64,000 nucleotides of DNA from contig JAPLJS010000075.1 in assembly GCA_026388545.1 (NCBI GenBank), positions 9,103 to 73,102 on the forward strand, in the 5' to 3' direction. Positions 34,501-41,998 of this stretch are shown here, piece after piece. The stretch is from Deltaproteobacteria bacterium (GTDB lineage: Bacteria; Desulfobacterota; Syntrophia; Syntrophales; UBA2185). Numbering within the stretch: the stretch's first letter is position 1; every line of letters begins with the position of its first letter. The notes under the pieces were generated by a model that saw only the letters and a list, made by a program, of their open reading frames with translations, made no database searches and was not told the origin of the DNA. Position numbers and translations under genes: made by a program.

Positions 34501-36500
34501 AAAGTCTCATCATGAATGGTGACGTTTGGAGAATCTCTATGATGAATTGGGTGTCTCACGGCGAGAAGATCTACGACCAGGTCATCGCATGGCATACCCT
34601 TTCGCATCGTAAGGCTGATCTTTCCAACGAAGCTTTACGGCTCTTCTTTAGCAGTCAACCTGTTAGGGACTTTTTTAATGAGATGTATGTACGATGGACG
34701 TCTGACGAAGAGACGCGGGAGGCGACAAAATACATCGCTGAACGCTTCAATCCCAAGAACTATGCGCTGAAAAAGGGAAGCGACGAGAAGCACGTGGAAA
34801 TCCATTTTCAGTGGCCTGAGCACATGCAGGAGGAAACCTCTGCAAATTTAAAAAAATCCGAAGATGGAATGCTCTTACTCTCTTTCCCTGTGAAGTGCCG
34901 TCGTATACTGGATGGAGAAATAAGCCTATCCAGCACTGAATTGGAAGAGTTCTGGTCCCAAATCCAGCATATCTCTACCATGGCTGAGCAAGATATTGAA
35001 ATCGAGAGGGCAAGCCAGCGTGTGGATGCGCTTTGCGGAGGCATTGCCGTCTTATTCCTCCACCACAGGGAGTGGTTGACAGAATTCCCGGAAAAGGAAG
35101 AATGGTGCATCAAATATATTTTCGATACTCTCGCTGACCCACCCCGACCATCTCAGTTTGATTGCGAGGATTCAATAAGCGGGCTGCATTGGGATGCATT
35201 TGTCGGAGAAGCGGGAGTTCTTCTTCTTACAGAAGAACCAGACAATGAGCATGCAAGATTTGTTGCAGCTCATGGGGTAATGGCCTATCATGAGGAAGCA
35301 ACCGGCAGTACACTTACCCGCGCATTCCGTCTGCGTGAGAAACTCGGAGAAGAATTCACCCGCCTCCTCAACTTAAGTCTCCTCTGGACAACCCTGAAAT
35401 ATTTGCGGCCGATGGAACATCATGAAAGTGCAGAAATAGAAAAGTGGGGAAGGTGGGTGGATAGACTTTTTAGATATTTTGTTGCCGGCAAGGTACCTTC
35501 TGCCCCCATTTCCGTCGGGCGTTTGGCTAAGGCTGGATCGCGCATTTACGAAAGACGGTATCACCGAAGGCAATGCAAGCGTTATCCGGGATATGTGCCG
35601 AAGCGACTACTTTGGAACGGCGGGATGCACCCCTCTTTGCTTAGAAAATCGCTGTCATGGCTCAGCGCTGCAAAGATGAACGACCCTCATCTGCCGCTAG
35701 GACTCATCGATGATATTTCTTTGGCTCTTTTGGAATTCAGCATATCAGCTGCCTCCCTAGAGGATGATAATGAATACTACGACCATCACAATATTCCTAA
35801 TGAATTTGACCTATGGGTATTTGAGGTTCTCTCCTCGCATATTTTGAAGAGAGCAATTCCCGATGAGTCCTCTAAATTCTGGAAGCCCCTTTTCGATGTC
35901 GGCCCACCTCTGCATAATTGGCCGAAGTTTTTCCTTATGTCATGGTTTAGAACCTGTTTGCAGTCAGCGGAGTGTCTAGAAGATTTCACTAGGCATTGGG
36001 CCACAATGATCGCTTATGTCTTGGATCATCCGAAATGGAAAGAAACGAATTCACAACAATACTATGATAGCGAGGAAGTGATTTGCCAACTTATGGGAAT
36101 GGATTCTGAGGCCCGAATTGTTGGGGAGGGCCGCTTTGAAAAAGCGCTGGAATCTCTTCAACCTTATTACGATAGTTGGAGAAAACGGTGGCTGCAGGGG
36201 CAGCATAGCCTTATGAATTTCTGCAGGCTTTTGACATACCCCGCTGCAAGGCCGCTCCGAACCAAGGGTGTCTTATGGGTACGCGAAGTCTTGACGGGCG
36301 AGACCCATTTTGGCTCAAGAGAAAAGTATCTTGAGGAAGCGCTACTAAACATGCTTCACATTTTCTGGGCTGAACATCGAAAAATCTTGCATGATGATCC
36401 CTCGCTTAAAGAAGCCTTTTTGGATATCCTCACATGGCTTGTCCAGCGGCTAAATCCGGGAGCATTAGAGCTTCAGGATGAGTTTATCAGAAGCGGATAA
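31545..36500 (+). CDS. giant (1651 aa) P-loop NTPase of unrecognised family, STAND-like tripartite layout
   Basis: An uninterrupted 4956-nt ORF with AAGGAG 8 nt upstream. Walker A is FIGPSGCGKSALAKR (GPSGCGKS = 32142-32165) and the Walker B-like motif is RILLVVDAME (32322-32351). It has a ~190-aa helical N-region and a ~1300-aa Trp-rich C-region in which I recognise no catalytic motif. Confidence 0.85.
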   Translation: MGPEIVVGILGGWLWKKLTDATESTDENIAIKKAFDAAVGKGYELFSKKYSNFAASLFDQAFLENYAGPELSKYLTRHEYPNPASIAAAYSSQFHVSLPDGVEEAVADFLDFILQALKEQPALQDILDRREIEDTNRLVGEVHKAIISTEEDWQTLEDASCDAIARIRDDIANTVCLTLGPDKKMLNVVFQEKGAAIFIGPSGCGKSALAKRIAMNSGLFSRFIWLTAEILNKPTLVETERSLGLRHTFHAVFANAKGLRILLVVDAMESLTNEGIANMAHVMRATKEAGHRTGWSYLLISQPEGWDQVAFNLRRSGVSLDDFQVIQASGPSKKDVQCVLSCMPGLLPIAYSPTLPDILTNLKLLDHVASQARIKPPEAGAAWTSAAQVVDWVWEGWLGTGKGRYARGGVLKLLAEIEADSFGRGIALSRLSAEQHAILAPLEDDEKLINVRNERVFFRHDSTADWARYLSLAGEVPLSPRLRELSSYPKWNTAIRLVGQRVLDKGDSTGTEWAALLEEVADGSPRGEAAQDLLLDAVILSTNSTTHLDKIWPIIVKENGKLLQRLLNRFLHVATIPDRQILLIAPEDEKMRRYLASTMREPIFIYWWAFVDWVYRNLENVINLAPIPLAKICTIWLSNMSIAKGKQKPWTRRKQVAEMARALARELQAKDMEHSPVREAGKVAYKAAFLAASEIPDEIGQWALEMAKRRPPSPDILARQEAYLNKEAERQKQLADPAYQERMNEMAYLTTPILALGPLRDPWPDGPLAMVDHTFQKGALDMWTLLPLMAAKPALAQELILSLSIEHPSHEREGSISSYEWCGLQFGNDGTPAMYFRGPFLVFLQINPKVALDTIIRLVNFATDRFCERMSKHRGYGGKAQAWSVQIPLADGEAVWCGDHRVFGFFRGETFNTALLSSALMAVEKWLYDKIEKGEEADEWIGQILEGSRSVAFAGLLLTVGKKSPALLEGILLPLLGAWQFYQWDQSLIMNGDVWRISMMNWVSHGEKIYDQVIAWHTLSHRKADLSNEALRLFFSSQPVRDFFNEMYVRWTSDEETREATKYIAERFNPKNYALKKGSDEKHVEIHFQWPEHMQEETSANLKKSEDGMLLLSFPVKCRRILDGEISLSSTELEEFWSQIQHISTMAEQDIEIERASQRVDALCGGIAVLFLHHREWLTEFPEKEEWCIKYIFDTLADPPRPSQFDCEDSISGLHWDAFVGEAGVLLLTEEPDNEHARFVAAHGVMAYHEEATGSTLTRAFRLREKLGEEFTRLLNLSLLWTTLKYLRPMEHHESAEIEKWGRWVDRLFRYFVAGKVPSAPISVGRLAKAGSRIYERRYHRRQCKRYPGYVPKRLLWNGGMHPSLLRKSLSWLSAAKMNDPHLPLGLIDDISLALLEFSISAASLEDDNEYYDHHNIPNEFDLWVFEVLSSHILKRAIPDESSKFWKPLFDVGPPLHNWPKFFLMSWFRTCLQSAECLEDFTRHWATMIAYVLDHPKWKETNSQQYYDSEEVICQLMGMDSEARIVGEGRFEKALESLQPYYDSWRKRWLQGQHSLMNFCRLLTYPAARPLRTKGVLWVREVLTGETHFGSREKYLEEALLNMLHIFWAEHRKILHDDPSLKEAFLDILTWLVQRLNPGALELQDEFIRSG

Positions 36501-36733
36501 GTTAAGAGAAAAAGGGACGCTTTCCGTATAAATTATTGTTCATTCTTTTGGGAGCGGCCTGTCTCAGAGGAATAAAGGACAGGTTCTAATTATCTTTGAG
36601 ACAATGTGTAACAATAGAATTGCCCCCTTTTGTCATAGTGCGAGGGTCCCATTAACAAAAAAAACACCCCATTACATCAAGCACAACGAGCGCAACCACT
36701 CTCCAAGAACCCTCTGTGGAGGGAGGATATATA

Positions 36734-37114
36734 ATGACTGACCGCTACACTCCGACATGCTACATAAGCCCCGGCATTCTGCATAGTATCGAGCAGATTG
36801 GGGAGGCTTTGAGTAATCTCCGGGAGGGGTCTGACAATGCTATTGTTCCCGTTCTGCGGCGCGGCAACCGCATCAAAACCACTCAGGCATCGCTGGCAAT
36901 CGAAGGCAACTCGCTGAGGCTGGAACAGGTCACGGCGGTACTGTCCGGCAAACGGGTGTTGGCGCAACCCCGTGAAATTCAGGAGGTGCGAAACGCGAGC
37001 GATCAAGAAAGCGACCATCAAAGCGACCAAGTAATATGTCTGATTTGCGCCCGCAATCAGAAATACCGCCTGACAGCGCACGGCTTACAATTGCTGAACA
37101 AAGGGGAAATCTAA
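36734..37114 (+). pseudogene. internally deleted fic gene (Fic_N region fused to the extreme C-terminal tail, catalytic core missing)
   Basis: GGAGG RBS, then MTDRYTP...ISPGILHSIEQIGEAL...PVLRRGNRIKTTQASLAIEGNSLRLEQVTAVLSGKRVLAQPREIQEVRNA, a Fic N-terminal region with the S-x-x-x-E-G motif at 36890-36910. This joins directly to ...ARNQKYRLTAHGLQLL, the tail seen in 29275-29844. No HPFxxGNGR motif is present. The stop overlaps the hsdR ATG (TAATG). Confidence 0.7.
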
Positions 37115-40100
37115 TGCAGGACAAAACGCCACAGTACATCAAGATCGACGAGCGCAATCACGTCGAGAAGCCCCTACTCGATCAGCTTGACGGGCTGGGC
37201 TGGGAGGTCATCGATTTTGACGGCAAGCAGCACCCCGGTGACAGCTACCGCCAGAGCTTCACAGAGGTGGTGATGCTGCCGGTTCTGCGGGCGCAACTCA
37301 AGGTCATCAACGACTGGCTGGAAGACGATCAGGTGGAGGAGGTGATCAAACAGCTCACGGCGAACTTTCCCGGTGCGGGATTAATTCAAAACAACCGCCA
37401 CGCCTTTACCCTGCTGCTGGAGAACACCAGTGTCAGCGAGAACCGCCGAACGGGAGAGAAAAGCCCGACCGTATGTTTTGTAGACTTTGACCATCAGGAG
37501 AACAACCGCTTTATCGCCGTCTGCCAGCTCAAGGTGCGCATCCTGGGCACCGAGTACCACATCGTTCCGGACATCGTCCTGTTCCTGAACGGTCTGCCGG
37601 TGGCGGTGATCGAGTGCAAGTCGCCCAAGGTCAAAGACGCCATCCCCGAAGCCATCGACCAGTTACTGCGCTATGGCGAGCAGCGCGGAGCGAAGGGAGA
37701 GGGCAGTGCGCCGCTTTTCTATTACAACCAGATCGTGATCGCCACCTGCAGAAATGAGGCCAAGTTCGGCACCATCACCACCCATAGCGAGAAGCACTTC
37801 TACCGCTGGGCCGATCCCTATCCCCGCACAGTGGATGATCTGGAGCACGGCGGCAGCGGCCCCAACGATCAGCAGCGCCTGGTCGCCGGGATGCTGGACC
37901 GCGACAATCTGCTGGATATCATCCGGACCTTCACCCTCTTTTCGAGCAACGACAAGGGCGAGACGATCAAGATCGTGGGGCGCTACCAGCAGTTCCGCAC
38001 CGTCAAGCTGGCGGTGAAGCGCCTGCTTACGGGCCAAACCCCGCGCGAGCGCAGCGGCATCATCTGGCACACCCAGGGCTCGGGCAAATCGCTGACCATG
38101 ATGTTCATGGTGCGGGAGATGTATCGTCATGCCCGGCTCTCTCGCTGGAAAGTGGTCTTTGTGACCGATCGCACCCAGTTGGAAGGCCAGCTAACTGAGA
38201 CCAGCAGGAGCATCGACTTTACGGTCAAGGTGGCGGACAGCATCAGGAAGCTCAAGGAACTGCTGGGCTCGGATTCCTCGGATCTGGTCATGGCCATGAT
38301 CCATAAGTTCCGTGAAGCCGATCTGACCGAGACCTTCCCGGAGCTGAATGCCAGCCCGAACATTCTGGTGATGACCGACGAAGCCCACCGCTCCCAATAC
38401 GCCATGCTCGGGGCCAATCTCGACAAGGGCATCCCCAACGCCGCCCGCATCGGCTACACCGGCACGCCCATCGACAAGACCGAACGGGTTTTCGGCGACT
38501 ACATCGATAAATACACCATGCGCCAGTCCATCGATGACGGCGTGACGCTGGAGATTGTTTACGAAGGCCGCACCCACAACGCCGAAGTGGCCGATCAGAC
38601 CGGCATGGACACGGCTTTCGCAGATGTCTTCAGCGACTACAACCTCCAAGAGCGCCTGAAGATTCTCGGTTACGGCTCCCGCGACGCTTATCTGGAAGCC
38701 GAGCCCACCATCGAGGCCAAGGCCAAAGACATGGTGACCCACTACCTGACCCATATATTTCCCAATGGCTACAAGGCGCAAGTAGTGGCCACCTCCCGCG
38801 AGGCGGCAGTGCGTTACAAGAAGCACATAGACAACGCCCTGGCGGCTGCCCTCGCCGACCTTAAACAGACCAATCCACGGAGGCTCGACCTCGACCAGCT
38901 GAGTAAGCTGAAGACGGATTTCATCATCTCCGGCAGTCACAACGACCTGCCTCATCTCAAGGCCTATTCGGACAGTTCCAGGCACGAGGCGAGCATCAAA
39001 AGCTTCAAGATGGCCTTCGGGGGCGAGGAGGAAGGTGTCACCGGGGACATGGGGATCTTGATTGTGATGAATATGCTCATTACCGGCTTTGATGCCCCGG
39101 TGGAGCAGGTGATGTATCTGGACAAGGTCATTGTGGCCCACAATCTTCTTCAGGCCATCGCCCGCGTCAATCGTGTGGCCGGTGAGATGAAGGACAAGGG
39201 CTTCGTGGTTGATTATGTGGGCATCGGCCACCACCTGAAGAAGGCCATCGACACCTACGATGAGCGCGAACAAAAGGAAGTGCTCGACACCTTGAGCTTT
39301 CCCGAGGAGGAACTGCGTGAACTACGAGCCAGCCATGCCGCCGTCATGGATCTGCTTAAAAACCACGGTCTGACGGACCTGACCGATCACGATGCGTTCT
39401 TTGATCTCTTTTATGACGAAGATCTGCGTTTCGATTACATGCTGGCATTCAAGAATCTGACTCAGTGCCTGAACGTGGTCTTTCCCGCCCGGCAGGCCCT
39501 TGACTATATGGCCGACTACCAGGCCCTTGCCGCGATCAATGTGATGGCTGCCAAACACTTCCGCGATGAGCGACTGAGCATGAAAGGCATCCTGCCCAAG
39601 CTGCGCGGCATCACCGATGCCTATCTGGAGTCAAAGGGGATTGAGGTAAAGGTCGAGCCGATCTCCATTCTCGATGCGGATTTTCAGAAACAGGTCGGCA
39701 ATCGGAGCCGCACCAAGACCAAGGCGGCGGAGGTGGAGCACGCCATTCGCCACCACCTCGATGTCGAGCTGGACGACGACCCCGATCTGCAAGCCTCCTT
39801 TGCGGAGGCGCTGGCGGTGATTTTCAAGGAGTTCCGCGACAACTGGAACAAGATCTACGAGGAACTGGAGAAACTGCGGGCGCGCATTATCGATGTCGGC
39901 AAGGAACCGACCTATGGGTTGCACCGCAAGAAGCAGATGCCGCTCTTCCGGATGTTCAAGCGAGAAATCTTCGGGGAATTCTTTGGGCAAGACGGCGTTC
40001 AACTGCCGGAAGGGGCGCTTGGGATAGCGGAAAGGATGAGTGCGGAAGATAAAATCAGCCACCTGGTTGATTTGACGCAGCAGTCCTTCCTCGTGGTGGA

Positions 40101-40293
40101 GCGGGAACTGAAACTCACGGGCTTCTGGGAGAGCATCCCCGCCCGCCAAAAGCTGAGGGCGGACCTTCAGATGATCCTGCTTGCTCCGGAATTCTCCAAG
40201 CTTCCCGGTATTGTAAGGAACCGCGCCCATATCATCTCCCGGATTATGGAATTCGCCGAAAATAAAAACGACGTCATTCTTTACGCGGAATAG
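37114..40293 (+). CDS. hsdR: Type I restriction enzyme endonuclease/translocase subunit
   Basis: I prefer the ATG at 37114 (AAGGGGA upstream; MQDKTPQYIKIDERNHVEKPLLDQL) to the track start at 37036, which overlaps the fic remnant. The nuclease motif reads VPDIVLFLNGLPVAVIECKSP. Helicase motif I is HTQGSGKSLTM, motif II is VMTDEAHRSQ, and a later motif reads LITGFDAP...QAIARVNR. Confidence 0.9.
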   Translation: MQDKTPQYIKIDERNHVEKPLLDQLDGLGWEVIDFDGKQHPGDSYRQSFTEVVMLPVLRAQLKVINDWLEDDQVEEVIKQLTANFPGAGLIQNNRHAFTLLLENTSVSENRRTGEKSPTVCFVDFDHQENNRFIAVCQLKVRILGTEYHIVPDIVLFLNGLPVAVIECKSPKVKDAIPEAIDQLLRYGEQRGAKGEGSAPLFYYNQIVIATCRNEAKFGTITTHSEKHFYRWADPYPRTVDDLEHGGSGPNDQQRLVAGMLDRDNLLDIIRTFTLFSSNDKGETIKIVGRYQQFRTVKLAVKRLLTGQTPRERSGIIWHTQGSGKSLTMMFMVREMYRHARLSRWKVVFVTDRTQLEGQLTETSRSIDFTVKVADSIRKLKELLGSDSSDLVMAMIHKFREADLTETFPELNASPNILVMTDEAHRSQYAMLGANLDKGIPNAARIGYTGTPIDKTERVFGDYIDKYTMRQSIDDGVTLEIVYEGRTHNAEVADQTGMDTAFADVFSDYNLQERLKILGYGSRDAYLEAEPTIEAKAKDMVTHYLTHIFPNGYKAQVVATSREAAVRYKKHIDNALAAALADLKQTNPRRLDLDQLSKLKTDFIISGSHNDLPHLKAYSDSSRHEASIKSFKMAFGGEEEGVTGDMGILIVMNMLITGFDAPVEQVMYLDKVIVAHNLLQAIARVNRVAGEMKDKGFVVDYVGIGHHLKKAIDTYDEREQKEVLDTLSFPEEELRELRASHAAVMDLLKNHGLTDLTDHDAFFDLFYDEDLRFDYMLAFKNLTQCLNVVFPARQALDYMADYQALAAINVMAAKHFRDERLSMKGILPKLRGITDAYLESKGIEVKVEPISILDADFQKQVGNRSRTKTKAAEVEHAIRHHLDVELDDDPDLQASFAEALAVIFKEFRDNWNKIYEELEKLRARIIDVGKEPTYGLHRKKQMPLFRMFKREIFGEFFGQDGVQLPEGALGIAERMSAEDKISHLVDLTQQSFLVVERELKLTGFWESIPARQKLRADLQMILLAPEFSKLPGIVRNRAHIISRIMEFAENKNDVILYAE

Positions 40294-40982
40294 TGACAAT
40301 GGACATGGCTTACACGATTCAAAGATCTGCCAAACGGCACAAGCTGACCATCACCGTTGAGCGTAATCGAAGCATCTTAGTGCATGCGCCACAGGGAATA
40401 TCCGACGAAAAGATCCGGCAGGTGGTGGCCTCCAAGCGCCAATGGATTTACGAGAAGACGGGCCACCCTCAGAAATACCGGGATCTGCCCCATCCACCGG
40501 GGAAGGAACTGGTCAGCGGCGAATCGGCACTCTATCTGGGGCGGCAATACCGCATTGAAGTGATCAATATAGGAATGGCCGAAGTTCATTTCGCCCAGCG
40601 CTTTTTTATTCCGGCGACACAGGGGGAGAAACGGGCGGAGGCGTTGCGTGAATGGTATGTCGGCAAGGCCAAAGAAAAGATCGTCCCGCGGGTGAAGGGT
40701 CACGCCCGCGAACTCGGCGTCGATGTTGCCGGGGTCAAGATCGTGGACAATCGCTACCGCTGGGGTTCCTGCACCGTCAAGAACAACGTCAGTTACAACT
40801 GGCGGCTGATCAAGGCGCCCATGTTTGTCATCGACTACGTCATCATCCATGAACTCGCCCACCTGATCGAAGCAAACCACACGTCCAGGTTCTGGAACAT
40901 CGTCCGCGCACAAGCTCCGACGATGGAAAAAGCAAAGGCTTGGTTGAAGGAGAATGGGCAGTTACTTGAACAAGATATATAA
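40293..40982 (+). CDS. DUF45 / YgjP-like (M48-related) zinc metallopeptidase, hsdR-associated
   Basis: 229-aa ORF whose start overlaps the hsdR stop. HExxH is present in VIIHELAHLIEANHTSRFW, with WGSCT upstream. This is the COG1451-type layout. Confidence 0.8.
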   Translation: MTMDMAYTIQRSAKRHKLTITVERNRSILVHAPQGISDEKIRQVVASKRQWIYEKTGHPQKYRDLPHPPGKELVSGESALYLGRQYRIEVINIGMAEVHFAQRFFIPATQGEKRAEALREWYVGKAKEKIVPRVKGHARELGVDVAGVKIVDNRYRWGSCTVKNNVSYNWRLIKAPMFVIDYVIIHELAHLIEANHTSRFWNIVRAQAPTMEKAKAWLKENGQLLEQDI

Positions 40983-41024
40983 GCGGTCTAGTATCAAAAT
41001 GAATGCCCAGTAGATAAGGAGAGA

Positions 41025-41996
41025 ATGAAAGCTGTCTTAGTTGATATACAGGGAATAAAAAAATACTTTACCGTACAGTCCGCATTGTTATCAGGGCACC
41101 AATCTGTCGTTAAGGCTGTTGACGGTATTTTTCTCAAAATATACCGGGGGGAGACTCTCGGGCTCGTCGGTGAGAGTGGCTGCGGAAAGTCAACCCTCGG
41201 GCGTCTCATTATGAGACTTGAAGAACCCACGGGGGGCCAGATATTTTTTGAAGGCGAGGATATATTTAAATTTTCAGGCAAGAATCTAAAAGATTATCGT
41301 AGAAAGGTTCAGATTATTTTTCAGGATCCTTATGCATCGCTGAACCCCCGCAGAACAGCGGGGGACACTATAGGAGAACCGCTGTTGATTAATACGACCA
41401 GTGATATTAAAGAAAGGGAGGGTGAAGTCGTCCGGATCATGGATTATGTCGGACTTACCGCTGAACAGATAGGTCGGTATCCTCATGAATTCAGTGGTGG
41501 TCAGAGGCAGCGTATCGGCATCGCAAGGGCCATTATCCTCAAGCCGAAATTAATCATTGCTGATGAGCCTGTTTCAGCCCTGGATGTTTCTATCCAGGCG
41601 CAGATATTGAACCTTCTGAAAGATCTCCAGAAAGAATTTAATTTAACGTACCTTTTCATAACCCATGATCTCAGTGTCGTAAGACACATGAGCGACAGGA
41701 TTGCCGTAATTTATTACGGTAAGATTGTGGAGCTTGCAGAAAACCGTGAACTCTACGAACACCCCCTTCATCCTTATACGTTAGCACTCCTTTCCGCAGT
41801 GCCGATGCCTGATCCGGGGAGAAAAAAACAGCGAGTGATTCTGGGGGGGGAGATTCCCAGCCCAACGAACCCTCCGGGTGGATGTGCATTTCATCCCCGG
41901 TGTCCCTACAAAATGGATATCTGTGATAAAGTTGAGCCGGATTTCAATGACAGAGGGAATGGACATTTTGTAGCGTGTCATATGGAAGGAACTTGA
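41025..41996 (+). CDS. oppF: oligopeptide/dipeptide ABC transporter ATP-binding protein (OppF/DppF type)
   Basis: 323-aa ORF with RBS AAGGAGA, Walker A GESGCGKST, signature FSGGQRQR and Walker B IIADEPVSALD. The C-terminal tail is GGCAFHPRCPYKMDIC. Confidence 0.85.
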   Translation: MKAVLVDIQGIKKYFTVQSALLSGHQSVVKAVDGIFLKIYRGETLGLVGESGCGKSTLGRLIMRLEEPTGGQIFFEGEDIFKFSGKNLKDYRRKVQIIFQDPYASLNPRRTAGDTIGEPLLINTTSDIKEREGEVVRIMDYVGLTAEQIGRYPHEFSGGQRQRIGIARAIILKPKLIIADEPVSALDVSIQAQILNLLKDLQKEFNLTYLFITHDLSVVRHMSDRIAVIYYGKIVELAENRELYEHPLHPYTLALLSAVPMPDPGRKKQRVILGGEIPSPTNPPGGCAFHPRCPYKMDICDKVEPDFNDRGNGHFVACHMEGT

Positions 41997-41998
41997 TA

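Noticed and set aside
36677-37157. Minus-strand ORFs 36677-37081 and 36930-37157, and the 5' extension of the hsdR ORF back to 37036
   Set aside because: The + strand here encodes the recognisable Fic N-terminal region. hsdR has a better start at 37114, with an RBS and a typical HsdR N-terminus.
37663-40913. Minus-strand ORFs 37663-38130, 38191-39273, 39631-40299 and 40377-40913 opposite hsdR and the DUF45 gene
   Set aside because: Same reasoning. They are antisense shadows of GC-rich genes whose + strand products carry complete helicase, nuclease and HExxH motifs.
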